Counted from the first letter of the whole stretch, positions 33,523 to 46,603 are shown. The stretch: 63,732 bases of DNA, filler included, from Octopus bimaculoides (GCF_001194135.2; 9 parts of 8 records of this genome joined end to end with filler, not necessarily neighbours in it), one strand, 5' to 3'. A program made the numbers and translations. Notes: generated from the sequence alone by a model not told the origin.

Positions 33523-35800
33523 ATGTATGCGGAAGAAAAAATTATACCTTTGGCACTGTCATTCCAATGGAGTCTGTGCCTTTGGATTTACCTGTGTTGT
33601 GTTCCTGGTTATGACATTTATTAATCCTTTCTGTCAAATATAATTAAGCTTCATAGAAGCATGTGATAAGACAGAATAATAAAAAAATTATTTTAGGCTG
33701 GAATAGAAAGAAGACTTCACAAGCCGTCACAGTTGACCTGCATTACTTTGTCTCTTTCTGTTGCATACACCAAGTTAGGCTCCTCTCCTAATGCTTACTT
33801 TCGATTCTTTTATGAGGTTTCTGTTTGCATCCATACTTAATTTTGAAAGAAAAACAAATGCATATTCAATCCTATGTTAGTTCTCAATAGGTCTCATGTA
33901 AACACTAACAATACTTTAAAGATTACACTCGAACTATTTCTAGTTAACAAATCACGATTCAGGAATTTAAGGATCATGATTTTGAGAGTAAAGCTGTAAA
34001 ACAAGATCTCTGGATTATTACAGAGGAAGAAGTCTCAATTGACACAAAATTGCTGAAGGTTTTTTTGTTGATGAAAAGTGACTGAGTGATGTTATTGAAA
34101 ATTGACTGCCTATGTAGCAAATTAATCGGTTGAAATTGATAGATAATGATTGATTGAAAGCAAATCATTTATATAAATCCCCTGAGGAAATCTGATTTAT
34201 CTTATTTGAAGATATTCCTATACACTAATATTGTCATTGTCATGAAGATATTTGGTTGTTACACAAACTAGTTGAAAATATTTGCATGATAATATAAAAA
34301 CATAGTTGAAGATATTTCTTATACAAATGAACTGAAAATATCTGTTCACTTAGCAAACATATGACACATGTTTGCCAAACGACTGCCTTAAATTTATTCA
34401 CTATTATGTTGTCAATATTTATATTAATTATATTATAGAAATATATTTTATATATAAACAGATAATAATGTTCATAAACGTACACACACATGCACATGTA
34501 TAGATACGAATATTTACATACACATGCATACAGGCATGCATACATATATAATTATGTACATATTTGTATATATGTATATATAAATGTATGTATAATGCTA
34601 TCACTTATACACATATATATACACACGCGCAAGTGATTGCATGTATTCTACTTATATATATATATATATNNNNNNNNNNNNNNNNNNNNNNNNNNNNNNN
34701 NNNNNNNNNNNNNNNNNNNNNNNNNNNNNNNNNNNNNNNNNNNNNNNNNNNNNNNNNNNNNNNNNNNNNNNNNNNNNNNNNNNNNNNNNNNNNNNNNTAT
34801 ATATACTATATATATTTTAAAATCTATTCGTTTTACTTTTTAAACACTAATATTATAACACTTGTTAATTTCTACACGATAAAGAATTATTATAATATAA
34901 ACTTACAATAACAATAAAAATATAAACAACAACAAAGTGGTTTTTTCAGTTTTCTTTATTTTGATTTTCTGTTAGAAATCTGACGAATGTCTTCATTATT
35001 GTATCAAGTTACATGTTTCAGTCTTACAGATCAGAGCAAATGCTATGCAACTCATATCTCGATATTGACTCTATACATCAAGAGAAAGTATCGGTCAATA
35101 GACTAGTACTTTCATATACGGCGATATAATTCAGTGCATTATCCCTGTGGTTAAGAAACTTAAGTATGTACTATCCTGAAGTATGTATTATCCTCAAGGT
35201 TAATAAATTTAACAGCCCAATTGTCAGTAGATATTACATAATGTTCTAATTCACGGTACAGTTTCCATGCCAAGACATTCAGCAATCCGGAAATCTAATC
35301 AACATAAAAATAAACGGAAACTTCATGGACGTATAAGCGAATACGTATGTTAAACTGCCTTGTATTGTTTGAGTGGAGACTGATGGTGGTCTTTTGAAAA
35401 CATTAAGCATTTCCTCTTTAAATGGTAATTTAACACACTCCTTTTATTTTATTCATTCATGCAACTACAACTGCATACTCTTATGTTACTCACTTAAGGA
35501 GTAACCTAGTTCAGAAGCAGTTGTCCTGTAACACTGATTGCCTTCTACTTGTGAGGTGAGTATCGTTAGAACTAGGTCTGACTTCTAATTTCTCGCTTAT
35601 ATACCAAAATCTTCTATGGCATGAACTATGGTCTCTGACCCACAAAATCGAATGATGGAGCAAATTCAGATTTTCATAATTTCAAACGTCTGTTCCTACT
35701 ATGTGATGTTACTGGAAGAAACCTATTCCATTTGAATAAAAAGAGGTTTTATTCAGGGTTGCAGGGTGGCACCTACATTGCTGGAAATAAGATATATATA

Positions 35801-36018
35801 CTCTTTTACTTGTTTCAGTCATTTGACTGCGGCCATACTGCAGCACCGCCTTTATAGTCGAGCAAATCGACCTCAGAGTTTATTCTTTGTAAGCCTAGTC
35901 TATCGGTCTCTCTTGCCGAACCGCTAAGTTACGGGGACGTAAACACATCGGTTGTCAAGCGATGCTGGGGGACAAACAGACACACAAACACACACACACA
36001 CACACATACATACACACA

Positions 36019-36056
<38 letters not shown>

Positions 36057-36228
36057 CATATATATATATACATATACGACGGGCTTCTTCCAGTTTCCGT
36101 CTACCAAATCCACTCATAAGGCCTTGGTCGGCCCGAGGCTATAGTAGAAGACAGTTGCCCAAGGTGCCACGCAGTGGGACTGAACCCGGGACCATGTGGT
36201 TGGTAAGCAAGCTACTTACCACACAGCC
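35801..36228 (-). mobile_element. SINE family A, near full length
   Basis: Same structure as 33092-33522. Confidence 0.9.
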
Positions 36229-37400
36229 CTGTAATGTGACCAAAGGTGTATATACAATTATATATGTATGTATGCACCTGTGTGTGTGTGTTTGGGGGTA
36301 AAAACCTCATAATGCGCGTTTGATGAAGCTTGACACGTGAATAGAACTCATGTCTGGAAACCTTGTGACATACTTAGATTGTTGAAAAAAATCGTTAATA
36401 CGGCCTCTAGAAGGGGTCTTTATATCTACCTCATATAACTATTTTTTTAAACACCCAAGGGATATGATCCATAGCACCATTACAATATATTTTTAAACAC
36501 TCAAGGGAAATAACCAATTTCATTGTTTATGTTCGATTACTTTGAATATTGATTTTTTGTGTGTCCTATTTCTAATTTTTGCAGACAATATCACTTTTAT
36601 ACTTTATTTCACACGTGTGTAGAACTCATGTCTGACATACTTAGATTGTTGAAAAAAATCCATAATAGGGCCCTTCCAATGGCTCCCTTTATCTGCTACA
36701 TATTACTAATATTTAAACAACCCAAGGGAAATAACCCATATCACCTGCAGATTTTAGCGAAGCGATTAATATTTGATTCTCACGATCAGCCGACCTAATT
36801 CTGCATTTCACTGCTCACAGTTTTGAACTGCTAAACATTATTATTGCACTTTCTTAATTTGAATCTTAAACATTAAAGACTTCATTCATACATTTCTATA
36901 CATACATACTTTTTTAAATGCCCATTACTCCGATAATTCTGCATTTTTACAGTTACACTTTTTTCCATGACAGTAGATATTTATTTTTATTCCACAACGT
37001 ATTTGTAGTGGCTTCATGCACGCATAGCGTGGATTCAATCCTCGATTGCCAAATTTCACTTAACACTTCAACGGCGCTTTTCTAACGGTAAAGCAATAGT
37101 TTTTCTGTGAATGACAGCAGTTATACGTTTCCCAGATGCCTTCGCTAAGCAGAATAATGTCTTCGTCTCTCACCAACCTCACGCCAACCTTCGAAAACCT
37201 CTCTCGCCAACATCCAACAATCTCTCCCTCCTCCAGCTGACAGTTTTTTTATACTTTTTCGTGACAGAAAATACAGCTTTTGTGGCAGTTATAACGAAAT
37301 TGCTTTCTTATATCAGAGTAATAAGGCATTTCAATAGAAATGTGTGTTTATGTGTGTTTATGTGTGTCTGTATGTGTTATATATATATATATATATATAT

Positions 37401-37500
37401 NNNNNNNNNNNNNNNNNNNNNNNNNNNNNNNNNNNNNNNNNNNNTTAATTAATTAANNNNNNNNNNNNNNNNNNNNNNNNNNNNNNNNNNNNNNNNNNNN
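37401..37500. other. Artificial scaffold-join spacer
   Basis: 44N + TTAATTAATTAA (37445-37456) + 44N. Confidence 0.95.
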
Positions 37501-37875
37501 CCTAAAACTAACCCTAACTCTAGAATCCGAACTCTAAAATTGTTACACACATAGATACGCACAGCGTAATTTATTATATAAACAATATATGCGTATAAAT
37601 TACGATTAAACCGGATGAAATATGTCACAGGGAATAACATTTTTATGACCGCCCAGCAGTAACTCTATTGAGCTGAATAGACGTCAGTGATTGGTTGAAA
37701 TTACAGAAATACGACAACTTTAACATGGAATAACTTGCGAATTCCTTTTTTTTGTTAAGAAGACTAAGAGTAAAAGATGTTTTATATGACACATTCTACC
37801 AGTGTCCCAAGTTTCAAAGTGTTTCGTTAGTGTTTCGTTAAGAAAATACTGGCGCCCCCGTTTTAAAATAGATCC
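37501..37875. mobile_element. Right half of the telomere-repeat-containing MITE family (see 45839-46531)
   Basis: Degenerate (TAACCC) start, then a block at about 37580-37875 that is the reverse complement of 45839-46150, ending GATCC. Confidence 0.75.
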
Positions 37876-38774
37876 CAGTTGTCTTATTCAACATGTTTTG
37901 CAAGTTCTATATTTTTAACACAATTTAGACCCTAAAATCAAGATGAATTTTATAAATGGTAACGCATTACACATGAACCTTTACGGTTTAGCAGTCTTTC
38001 GTCTGTATTTACGTTCTGATTTCAAATTCCACTGAGATCAACTTTGCCCTCCATCCTTTCAATAAGTAGTAGCTGAGTACTGAGATCGATGTAATCTACT
38101 TACTCCCTTACCCGAAATTGCTGGCCTTGTGCCATATCTTACACGTAATAGAATTTCATTGGATGAGCTTTAATTACTTAGTGCTTTTCTTTTTTTTTTT
38201 GCGTCAGTGATCAAGTTGCAGAGGTGCGAACCTGATTACTGGTTACACAGATCGCAGAGATGCAACCGAATTTTGTCAACTCATTAAATAAATAAGAAGT
38301 GACTATAACAGATTTTTGTGTTTTTAGATGATTAAATTAGTTCTACGAAGTAATTGCTTCAGTTTCAACACAATCTCACATCGAGTCACTTACCAAAAAA
38401 CTACAACGCCTGGCACATATTTCTCTATTTACAAGTTATTTTAAACGTTCTGGTTAGTTTTCCTCAAATTGTTACACTTATATTTAAGAAGAATAAAAGT
38501 GTTCTCATTCCCGTTCTTCTGGCACGGAAAGAACGACTGATATGTACAAATTGAAAATCACATGAAATGCAATACACCTCATGGCTAGCTTTCACATTTG
38601 AAGACATTACAATCATTAATTCGTCCCTTCTTCCATTGCTACTGCTACAAGCAAGCTGTGTACCATCACCTCTACCAAAGCATACCCGATTTACGCACCT
38701 TCTCTTCTCCTTCTCCCTCCTTCTCTATCCTTTCCTGTTTTAATGTGTGTGTGTGTGTAAGTGCGCGCGCGTAA

Positions 38775-38828
<54 letters not shown>

Positions 38829-39578
38829 ACACACACACACACACACGCCCTCTGTCTCTCTCTCTCACACACACAAACGAACATATATACTGTTGTTAAG
38901 GAACGATCCCGAGAAGTAGTACTCAGTATATACGTGGAGTGCATTAGTTTAGAAGGCCAGTCTTGTAGCTCCGAATGTTCATGACGTTTAGTTACTTCTT
39001 CAGGCAAGCNNNNNNNNNNNNNNNNNNNNNNNNNNNNNNNNNNNNNNNNNNNNNNNNNNNNNNNNNNNNNNNNNNNNNNNNNNNNNNNNNNNNNNNNNNN
39101 NNNNNNNNNNNNNNNNNNNNNNNNNNNNNNNNNNNNNNNNNNNNNNNNNNNNNNNNNNNNNNNNNNNNNNNNNNNNNNNNNNNNNNNNNNNNNNNNNNNN
39201 NNNNNNNNNNNNNNNNNNNNNNNNNNNNNNNNNNNNNNNNNNNNNNNNNNNNNNNNNNNNNNNNNNNNNNNNNNNNNNNNNNNNNNNNNNNNNNNNNNNN
39301 NNNNNNNNNNNNNNNNNNNNNNNNNNNNNNNNNNNNNNNNNNNNNNNNNNNNNNNNNNNNNNNNNNNNNNNNNNNNNNNNNNNNNNNNNNNNNNNNNNNN
39401 NNNNNNNNNNNNNNNNNNNNNNNNNNNNNNNNNNNNNNNNNNNNNNNNNNNNNNNNNNNNNNNNNNNNNNNNNNNNNNNNNNNNNNNNNNNNNNNNNNNN
39501 NNNNNNNNNNNNNNNNNNNNNNNNNNNNNNNNNNNNNNNNNNNNNNNNNNNNNNNNNNNNNNNNNNNNNNNNNNNNNN

Positions 39579-39770
39579 CTTAGCGGTATTTCGTCTGCCG
39601 CTACGTTCTGAGTTCAAATTCCGCCGAGGTCGACTTAGCCTTTCATCCTTTCGGGGTCGATTAAATAAGTACCAGTTATGCACTGGGGTCGATATAATCG
39701 ACTTAATCCGTTTGTCTGTCCTTGTTTGTTCTCTCTATGTTTAGCCCCTTGTGGGCAGTAAAGAAATAGG
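39579..39770 (+). mobile_element. SINE family B (5' end in gap)
   Basis: CTTAGCGGTATTTCGTCTGCCG...CCTTTCATCCTTTCGGGGTCGAT...GCCCCTTGTGGGCAGTAAAGAAATA. Confidence 0.9.
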
Positions 39771-40025
39771 AAACTGTGTGGAAGCCTGTCGTGTATGTAT
39801 GTATATATATATATATGTGTGTGTGTGTGTATGTGTGTGTGTGTATTTCCGCAGCTAGATAATCGGTGTTGGTTTGTTTACGTCTCTGTAACTGAACAGT
39901 TCGGAAACAAGACTGACAAAATAAATATCAAACTTTTAAAAAAAGTATTGGGTTAATTTGTTCGATTAATGCCGCCATGTTGGTGCTCCAGCATGATCGC
40001 ATTTCAATGACCGAAACAAGTAAAA
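39770..40025 (+). mobile_element. SINE family A 3' half, diverged
   Basis: GGAAACTGTGTGGAAGCCTGTCGTGTAT...GTTTACGTCTCTGTAAC...TGGTGCTCCAGCATG...TGACCGAAACAAGTAAAAG. Confidence 0.7.
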
Positions 40026-40590
40026 GAAATCAAGAGCAAAATGTCATTTTAAAACAGCTTCTATTTTAATCCTTTACCATTGTTTCTGAGACTTGATGCT
40101 TGATGACAGAGTGAATATATTCTGGCGAGCAATAAGAGGAATGTAACAGCTTATAGAGCAACAATTACTGTTAGTATTCTAGCGACGGTAAACAGTGGCT
40201 GATACAGAAATAACTGGTTTTCTGACTCAAGCAAAATATATAAAATAAAAAAACAAAACAAAAGAAAGCTAAACAAAATAACAAAAAACAAACAGACAAA
40301 ATAGATATAAAAAAAGTCAAGCAAAAAACCAACCAACCAACAAAACGTTAGCATCGGTGTGTATATTTTTGGATAATACTTCTTTACAAAATAAACATGT
40401 CATTTTGATTATTCAAACTACTTTAGTGCTATTGTATAACGCTATAGTAATGCTAAAACAAACAGAATTAATAACGCCCTGAATACACGTTTTTTTGTTT
40501 GTTTGTAGCATAATACCAGAATGTGAAAGAAGATAGTAAATTCTACATGTTTGTAGCTGTAGAAGTTAAATCGATTGTTGTAGTTGGTAT

Positions 40591-40916
40591 GTTGTTGTTG
40601 TTGTTGGCACTCCGTCGCTTACGACGTCGAGGGTTCCAGTTGATCCGATCAACGGAACAGCCTGCTCGTGAAATTAACGTGCAAGTGGCTGAGCACTCCA
40701 CAGACACGTGTATGTTTAATGTAGTTTTCGGGGATATTCAGCGTGACACAGTGTGACAAGGCTGGCCCTTTGAATTACAGGCACAACAGAAACAGGAAGT
40801 AAGAGTGAGAGAAAGTTGTGGTGAAAGAGTGCAGCAGGGTTCACCACCATCCCCTGCCGGAGCCTCGTGGAGCTTTAGGTGTTTTCACTCAATAAACACT
40901 CGCAACGCCCGGTCTG
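40591..40916 (-). mobile_element. SINE family C, head cut by scaffold end
   Basis: Near-identical to 12223-12606. Confidence 0.95.
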
Positions 40917-41016
40917 NNNNNNNNNNNNNNNNNNNNNNNNNNNNNNNNNNNNNNNNNNNNTTAATTAATTAANNNNNNNNNNNNNNNNNNNNNNNNNNNN
41001 NNNNNNNNNNNNNNNN
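40917..41016. other. Artificial scaffold-join spacer
   Basis: 44N + TTAATTAATTAA (40961-40972) + 44N. Confidence 0.95.
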
Positions 41017-41078
<62 letters not shown>

Positions 41079-41889
41079 TAATGCATACAAACATACAAAC
41101 ACACATACACACAAATACACACACATACATATATGTATATATATATATACACACACATAGACACAAATATTAAATACACAAAACTGAGGCACGGAAGTTA
41201 CAAATATGCCAAAGGTATATATATGTATGTTTATATGTTTTTATATATTTATAAACGTGGCTCGACAGATATATCCATGCTTGTATATTAGATGTATATA
41301 ACAGAGGCTCCAAAACTCCACACCAATTCTTGCAGTATATATGTGTGTATATATACATGTAAATGTGTGTTTATAAGTGTATGTGTGTGTATGTNNNNNN
41401 NNNNNNNNNNNNNNNNNNNNNNNNNNNNNNNNNNNNNNNNNNNNNNNNNNNNNNNNNNNNNNNNNNNNNNNNNNNNNNNNNNNNNNNNNNNNNNNNNNNN
41501 NNNNNNNNNNNNNNNNNNNNNNNNNNNNNNNNNNNNNNNNNNNNNNNNNNNNNNNNNNNNNNNNNNNNNNNNNNNNNNNNNNNNNNNNNNNNNNNNNNNN
41601 NNNNNNNNNNNNNNNNNNNNNNNNNNNNNNNNNNNNNNNNNNNNNNNNNNNNNNNNNNNNNNNNNNNNNNNNNNNNNNNNNNNNNNNNNNNNNNNNNNNN
41701 NNNNNNNNNNNNNNNNNNNNNNNNNNNNNNNNNNTATATATATATATATGTATATATATGTACATTGATGGATATAAATATTTGTATAAACATACACACA
41801 CACATATATATATTTATATACACTGGCACTTTGTCATTGTAACTGTAATTTTATACTCGTTTGCACATCATCCTGTTTTCCTTCACCTT

Positions 41890-41892
41890 TCA

Positions 41893-41948
<56 letters not shown>

Positions 41949-42089
41949 AACATACTCTCTCACTCACACACATTCACACGTACCTACATACGTACCTAGA
42001 GACATTCGTACTTACTGCACTCAAAGTTATAGAGAAGCATACACTCTTTCTCTCTCTCACGGTCACTCTTTCTTTGTCACACACACACA

Positions 42090-42130
<41 letters not shown>

Positions 42131-42775
42131 AGCCTTTCTTATACTCTTGCATTTGCTCCGTAACTCTCCTTTATTCACACACGCACACAGTCACTCACTT
42201 CCACACACACTCCCAAACACATACACACACTCTTATTCACATACTTACACACTCACTCATTCGCACACACACTCACTTCCTCTTGCATATACTCCTATAC
42301 ACACACACTCACGCTCTCCCTCATGCAGTCGCACACACACACTCTCACTGTCACTCAAACCCTCATACACACACTCAGACACTCACACACATTCACACAT
42401 ATACAAACACATATACAAACAGAGACACTCACACACATTCACACACATACACACACACACACACACACACTCACACTTCATTTTGTATTTACTCCGTCGT
42501 TCTCCATTACTCTCTTTCTCTTTCTCTCTTTCACACACACGTACACACACACGTGCACTCACATATTTACACTCTTACGCACTCACAAACTCATACACTC
42601 ACGCATTCACACTATCACTCACAAACTCACTCACGCACACACCCACACACTTACTCACACACACACACACTCTCACACACATTTTCACTCCGTCACTCGA
42701 GAGTTACCCTTTCCTCCTCCTTAATAAACCAACCAACACGCGCACACACACACACACACACACTCTCTCTCTCTC
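41890..42775. repeat. Complex degenerate (CA)/(CACT) low-complexity array
   Basis: Direct reading. It generates the spurious THTH ORFs in the track. Confidence 0.9.
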
Positions 42776-42793
42776 ATTCAATTTAGCGCTCAC

Positions 42794-42960
42794 CTGTCTC
42801 CGTCGTCGTATATTTGTTGGTGAAGCACACACACAAATAGCAGATTGTGTCAGCCGTGGGTTAAATACACGCCTATCTCCAGCAGTTGATCGCAGACAAG
42901 TATCAATATAGAAAACAGTAAACGCTGATCAAGCCAACACACACGTCAAGGCTCCGCCTT
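42794..42960 (-). other. Candidate non-coding first exon on the minus strand
   Basis: Minus-strand donor GAGACAG|GTGAGC at 42794/42793 in a CpG-enriched, non-repetitive stretch. No ATG seen, and the 5' boundary is a guess. Confidence 0.4.
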
Positions 42961-43514
42961 CTTTCCAAAACAATTGTCACAAAATGGCTACTTTTCTGCT
43001 TCTGCTTGCTGGTGGTGGTAGCNNNNNNNNNNNNNNNNNNNNNNNNNNNNNNNNNNNNNNNNNNNNNNNNNNNNNNNNNNNNNNNNNNNNNNNNNNNNNN
43101 NNNNNNNNNNNNNNNNNNNNNNNNNNNNNNNNNNNNNNNNNNNNNNNNNNNNNNNNNNNNNNNNNNNNNNNNNNNNNNNNNNNNNNNNNNNNNNNNNNNN
43201 NNNNNNNNNNNNNNNNNNNNNNNNNNNNNNNNNNNNNNNNNNNNNNNNNNNNNNNNNNNNNNNNNNNNNNNNNNNNNNNNNNNNNNNNNNNNNNNNNNNN
43301 NNNNNNNNNNNNNNNNNNNNNNNNNNNNNNNNNNNNNNNNNNNNNNNNNNNNNNNNNNNNNNNACAATTGTCACAAAATGGCTACTTTTCTGCTTCTGCT
43401 TGCTGGTGGTGGTAGCGGTAGTAATAGTAGTAGTAGTAGTAGTAGTAGTAGTAGAAGAAATAATTGTGGTGTGTGGTGGTGGCGGTAGCAGTGACGGTTA
43501 TAAACGGCCGTCGT

Positions 43515-43526
43515 CAAGATGGCGGC
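43515..43526 (+). promoter_or_regulatory. YY1-type motif CAAGATGGCGGC overlapping a candidate start codon
   Basis: Exact match to the CAANATGGCGGC consensus in a CpG-rich patch. Confidence 0.55.
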
Positions 43527-43560
43527 GACGGAGGGGAAAGATATCGCTGTCTTTTCATTG
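43519..43560 (+). CDS. Candidate first coding exon (MAATEGKDIAVFSL), gene unidentified
   Basis: AAGATGG Kozak context, 14 codons, TTG|GTCAGT donor at 43561. Confidence 0.5.
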
Positions 43561-43668
43561 GTCAGTTACAATCTCTTCAATAAACGAACGACGGAATTGA
43601 TATACGAATAGACGGCGGAATATAATGTTAACAGTGTAATAATAATAACACTGAAAATGTGTGAGTGT

Positions 43669-43699
<31 letters not shown>

Positions 43700-43709
43700 C
43701 ACGCGCGTC

Positions 43710-43745
<36 letters not shown>

Positions 43746-43960
43746 CGTTTTATTATCTGTTGTGTTAGAATAACTGTTCGTATTTGCGCGAACGATTTTA
43801 AGAGTAAATGGACGTACGTGTGTTTGGAATATGTGTATATCTATGTATGCACGTATGTACGAAGGTATGTATGCGTGTATGTATATACGTATGTTCATAT
43901 ACATACGTACATGCATACATACATACATATGTATAATATATATATAAATATATAAATATA

Positions 43961-44013
<53 letters not shown>

Positions 44014-44113
44014 NNNNNNNNNNNNNNNNNNNNNNNNNNNNNNNNNNNNNNNNNNNNTTAATTAATTAANNNNNNNNNNNNNNNNNNNNNNNNNNNNNNN
44101 NNNNNNNNNNNNN
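44014..44113. other. Artificial scaffold-join spacer
   Basis: 44N + TTAATTAATTAA (44058-44069) + 44N. Confidence 0.95.
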
Positions 44114-44640
44114 GAATTTTAAATTCCGCGTTGGCTCCTAGGATCTGATTATCAATGTTATTGAGCTCCATTAAAATGCCTTCTTTAGGGCCTCTATGAA
44201 TCGGAATCCAAGTCTCGCGTGACGTTTATGAAGTTTACGTCTGTGAGGTTGATCTCAGTTGTTGTTTTGAGTCCCATGGAACCCAGGGCGCTAGTCAGGT
44301 CCTTTCTGAGTTTATAAAAGGTGTGTCCGTTAGCCCCCCGCCTAGAGTGTCATCTCTATAGAGACCAAAGAGGACTAAATGAGAACTTTCTTTTTAAAGT
44401 GTCCAGGATGTAAAACCCAACGAGGTCTTAAATGTCGGCGCTGTCGTAGGCTCCCATCGCTATATGAAAGGAATCCCCAAGAATGGATTGTTTAACCCTG
44501 GTCGAACCTTTATTAAACGGCCACCATTTTCCTGATGTGCATGATGATGCCTATGTCTCTATCGCTAATTTCAGTGACGCCTCAAGCAAAGGAAAGTACC
44601 TTGGTCAGTAACCCTTTCGATAGAGACGAGTTAATGTCGA
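44114..44640 (-). mobile_element. Penelope-like reverse transcriptase fragment (second copy)
   Basis: Minus strand: MGAYDSADI*DLVGFYILDTL.., GLYRDD (44349-44366), KLRKDL..GLKTTTEINLTDVNFINVT. Confidence 0.85.
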
Positions 44641-44644
44641 ATAG

Positions 44645-44880
44645 GAACGCACGTGTGTGTGTGTTTCTGTTTGCTTGCCGTCACCGCATGACTACCGCTG
44701 TTTGTTTGTTTACGTCCCTGTACGGAAGCGGTTCGGCAAAACAGGCTTATACATGTACCATACTGAGAAAGTATATATATATAAAAATAAATAGCAATGT
44801 GTATTGGGTTCGATTTGTTCGACTAAACCATTCAAGGTGCTGCCCCAGCTTGGCCGCAAACTAATGACTGATACAGAGAA
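44645..44880 (+). mobile_element. SINE family A 3' half
   Basis: GTTTACGTCCCTGTACGGAAGCGGTTCGGCAAAA...GTGCTGCCCCAGC...AATGACTGA. Confidence 0.7.
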
Positions 44881-44911
44881 AAAAGGTATAAAGACGAAAA
44901 GACAAAATAAA

Positions 44912-45128
44912 TTCTTTTCTACTCTAGACACAAGGCCCGAAATTTTTGAGGAGGGAGCCAAGCGAGTAGATCGATCCCAGTACGCAACTGGTACTTAATT
45001 TACCGACCCCGAAAGGATGAAAGGCAAAGTCGACCTGGGCGGAATTTGGACTCAGTACGTAAAGACAGACGAAATACCGCTAAGCATTTTGCCCGGCGTG
45101 CTAACGTTTCTGCCCGCTTGCCGCCTTA
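44912..45128 (-). mobile_element. SINE family B, full length
   Basis: Reverse complement of 4721-4937. Confidence 0.9.
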
Positions 45129-45715
45129 AAGGTTAAAATAAATTAAAACCTGTCTTGAAATTGTTTTGAACCGGAGATGAACACAATGCATTTGGTTCGG
45201 TTGAATGAAATTACTTAAGTTCTCTAAATATATGGGTATTTTCCAACAAGAGTCAAAAACTGGCTGAACACCTATGAGTTATCCATGATAGACGTAGACA
45301 AGACGGTCGTAGCAGAGAGCTTAAAACGTCTGCTCTATAGATTATAATAAAATACCAACGGATTTGAATCGAAAGTATAAAATAAATAAGTGCGGCTTGT
45401 AAGGGAGATAATCCAGGTTTATATAATCGGAAGTTGTCTTTCTTACATCGTATCAAATTTTTCTCTCCCTCCTTTTCTCTCATATATGCACACACACACA
45501 GCAATACATATACTCTTTTACTTTTACTTGTTTCAGTCATTTGACTGCGGCCATGCTGTGTGTCTGGGGAGAGTCATTTTCTTTTCGTGCCTTAAAATTT
45601 AACACACGCACCGTTAAAATTCAAGACTATTGAAAAGGTTGCAAGACGCAACGAAAATTTTAGGAAAATAAAAATAAGAAATAAGTGGAAATTTTCCCGG
45701 TGAGTGTGTTAAATT

Positions 45716-45815
45716 NNNNNNNNNNNNNNNNNNNNNNNNNNNNNNNNNNNNNNNNNNNNTTAATTAATTAANNNNNNNNNNNNNNNNNNNNNNNNNNNNN
45801 NNNNNNNNNNNNNNN
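45716..45815. other. Artificial scaffold-join spacer
   Basis: 44N + TTAATTAATTAA (45760-45771) + 44N. Confidence 0.95.
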
Positions 45816-45838
45816 AACTCAAGTCTATTAACCCTCAA

Positions 45839-46531
45839 GGATCTTTATGATTTGACGGCGAACACTTGTTTTCTTAACGAAACACTTTCAAACTTGGGAC
45901 ACTGGTAGAATGTGTCATAGAAAACAACTTTTTCTCTTAGCCTTCTTAACAAAAAATTGTACATCGCAAGTTATTTCATGTTAAAGTTGTCGTATTTCTG
46001 TAATTTCAACCAATCACTGACGTCTATTCAGCTGAATACAGTCAGTGCTCTTTTGTAAACAATAATTTTTGGCCGGTCATAAAAATGTTCTTCCCTGTGA
46101 CATATTTCATCCGGTTTAATCGTAATTTATACGCATATATTGTTTATATAACCCTAACCCTAAAACCCTATAACTCATAACCATAACCCTAACCCTAACC
46201 CCAACCCTAACCCTAACTCTAAAATCCGAACCCTAATCCTAAACTAGAGTTTGATTTGAAGAAGATTGCGCTGCTATTTCTAGGAAATGAAGCACTTGGT
46301 GGAAGTTCATTAATAATTCTGCCAGCTCCAATAACAAGTGCAGGCAATATTCAAGTATTTTGATGGCTTTTTCCACTTTATTTACGAACAGGCTAGTTAA
46401 TCGGAAATGTCAGAACTAAAGGGGATTTTATCTGTTCTATACCGCAAAATATACAAGTATTCGAAGTTTGAAAGTGTTTCGGTACCAAAAACACTACATA
46501 AAAAATGTTGGCCGTCAAACCCTAAAGATCC
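45839..46531. mobile_element. Non-autonomous TIR element with GG...CC ends, 8-bp TSD and telomere-like core (Merlin-like candidate)
   Basis: ACCCTCAA at 45831-45838 and 46532-46539. Ends GGATCTTTATGATTTGACGGC and GCCGTCAAACCCTAAAGATCC. Internal degenerate (TAACCC)n at about 46150-46245. Confidence 0.75.
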
Positions 46532-46603
46532 ACCCTCAAATTTCCCAAACACCAGTAAACGTTTAAAAGGCCAAAAATGCTGATTTTATAGTTTTTGCAC
46601 TTT

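Noticed and set aside
33960-34060. Protein-like frame EFKDHDFESKAVKQDLWIITEEEVSIDTKLLK
   Set aside because: Weak acceptor, non-consensus donor (GTTTTT) and no recognisable family.
41377-42911. His/Thr-rich ORFs (THTHTH) resembling histidine-rich proteins
   Set aside because: These are translations of a degenerate (CA)n array. All three frames give similar low-complexity peptides and no splice or start context supports them.
46150-46245. (TAACCC)n as a true telomere or chromosome fusion site
   Set aside because: Short, degenerate and enclosed within a TSD-flanked TIR element; also present at the same junction in a second copy.
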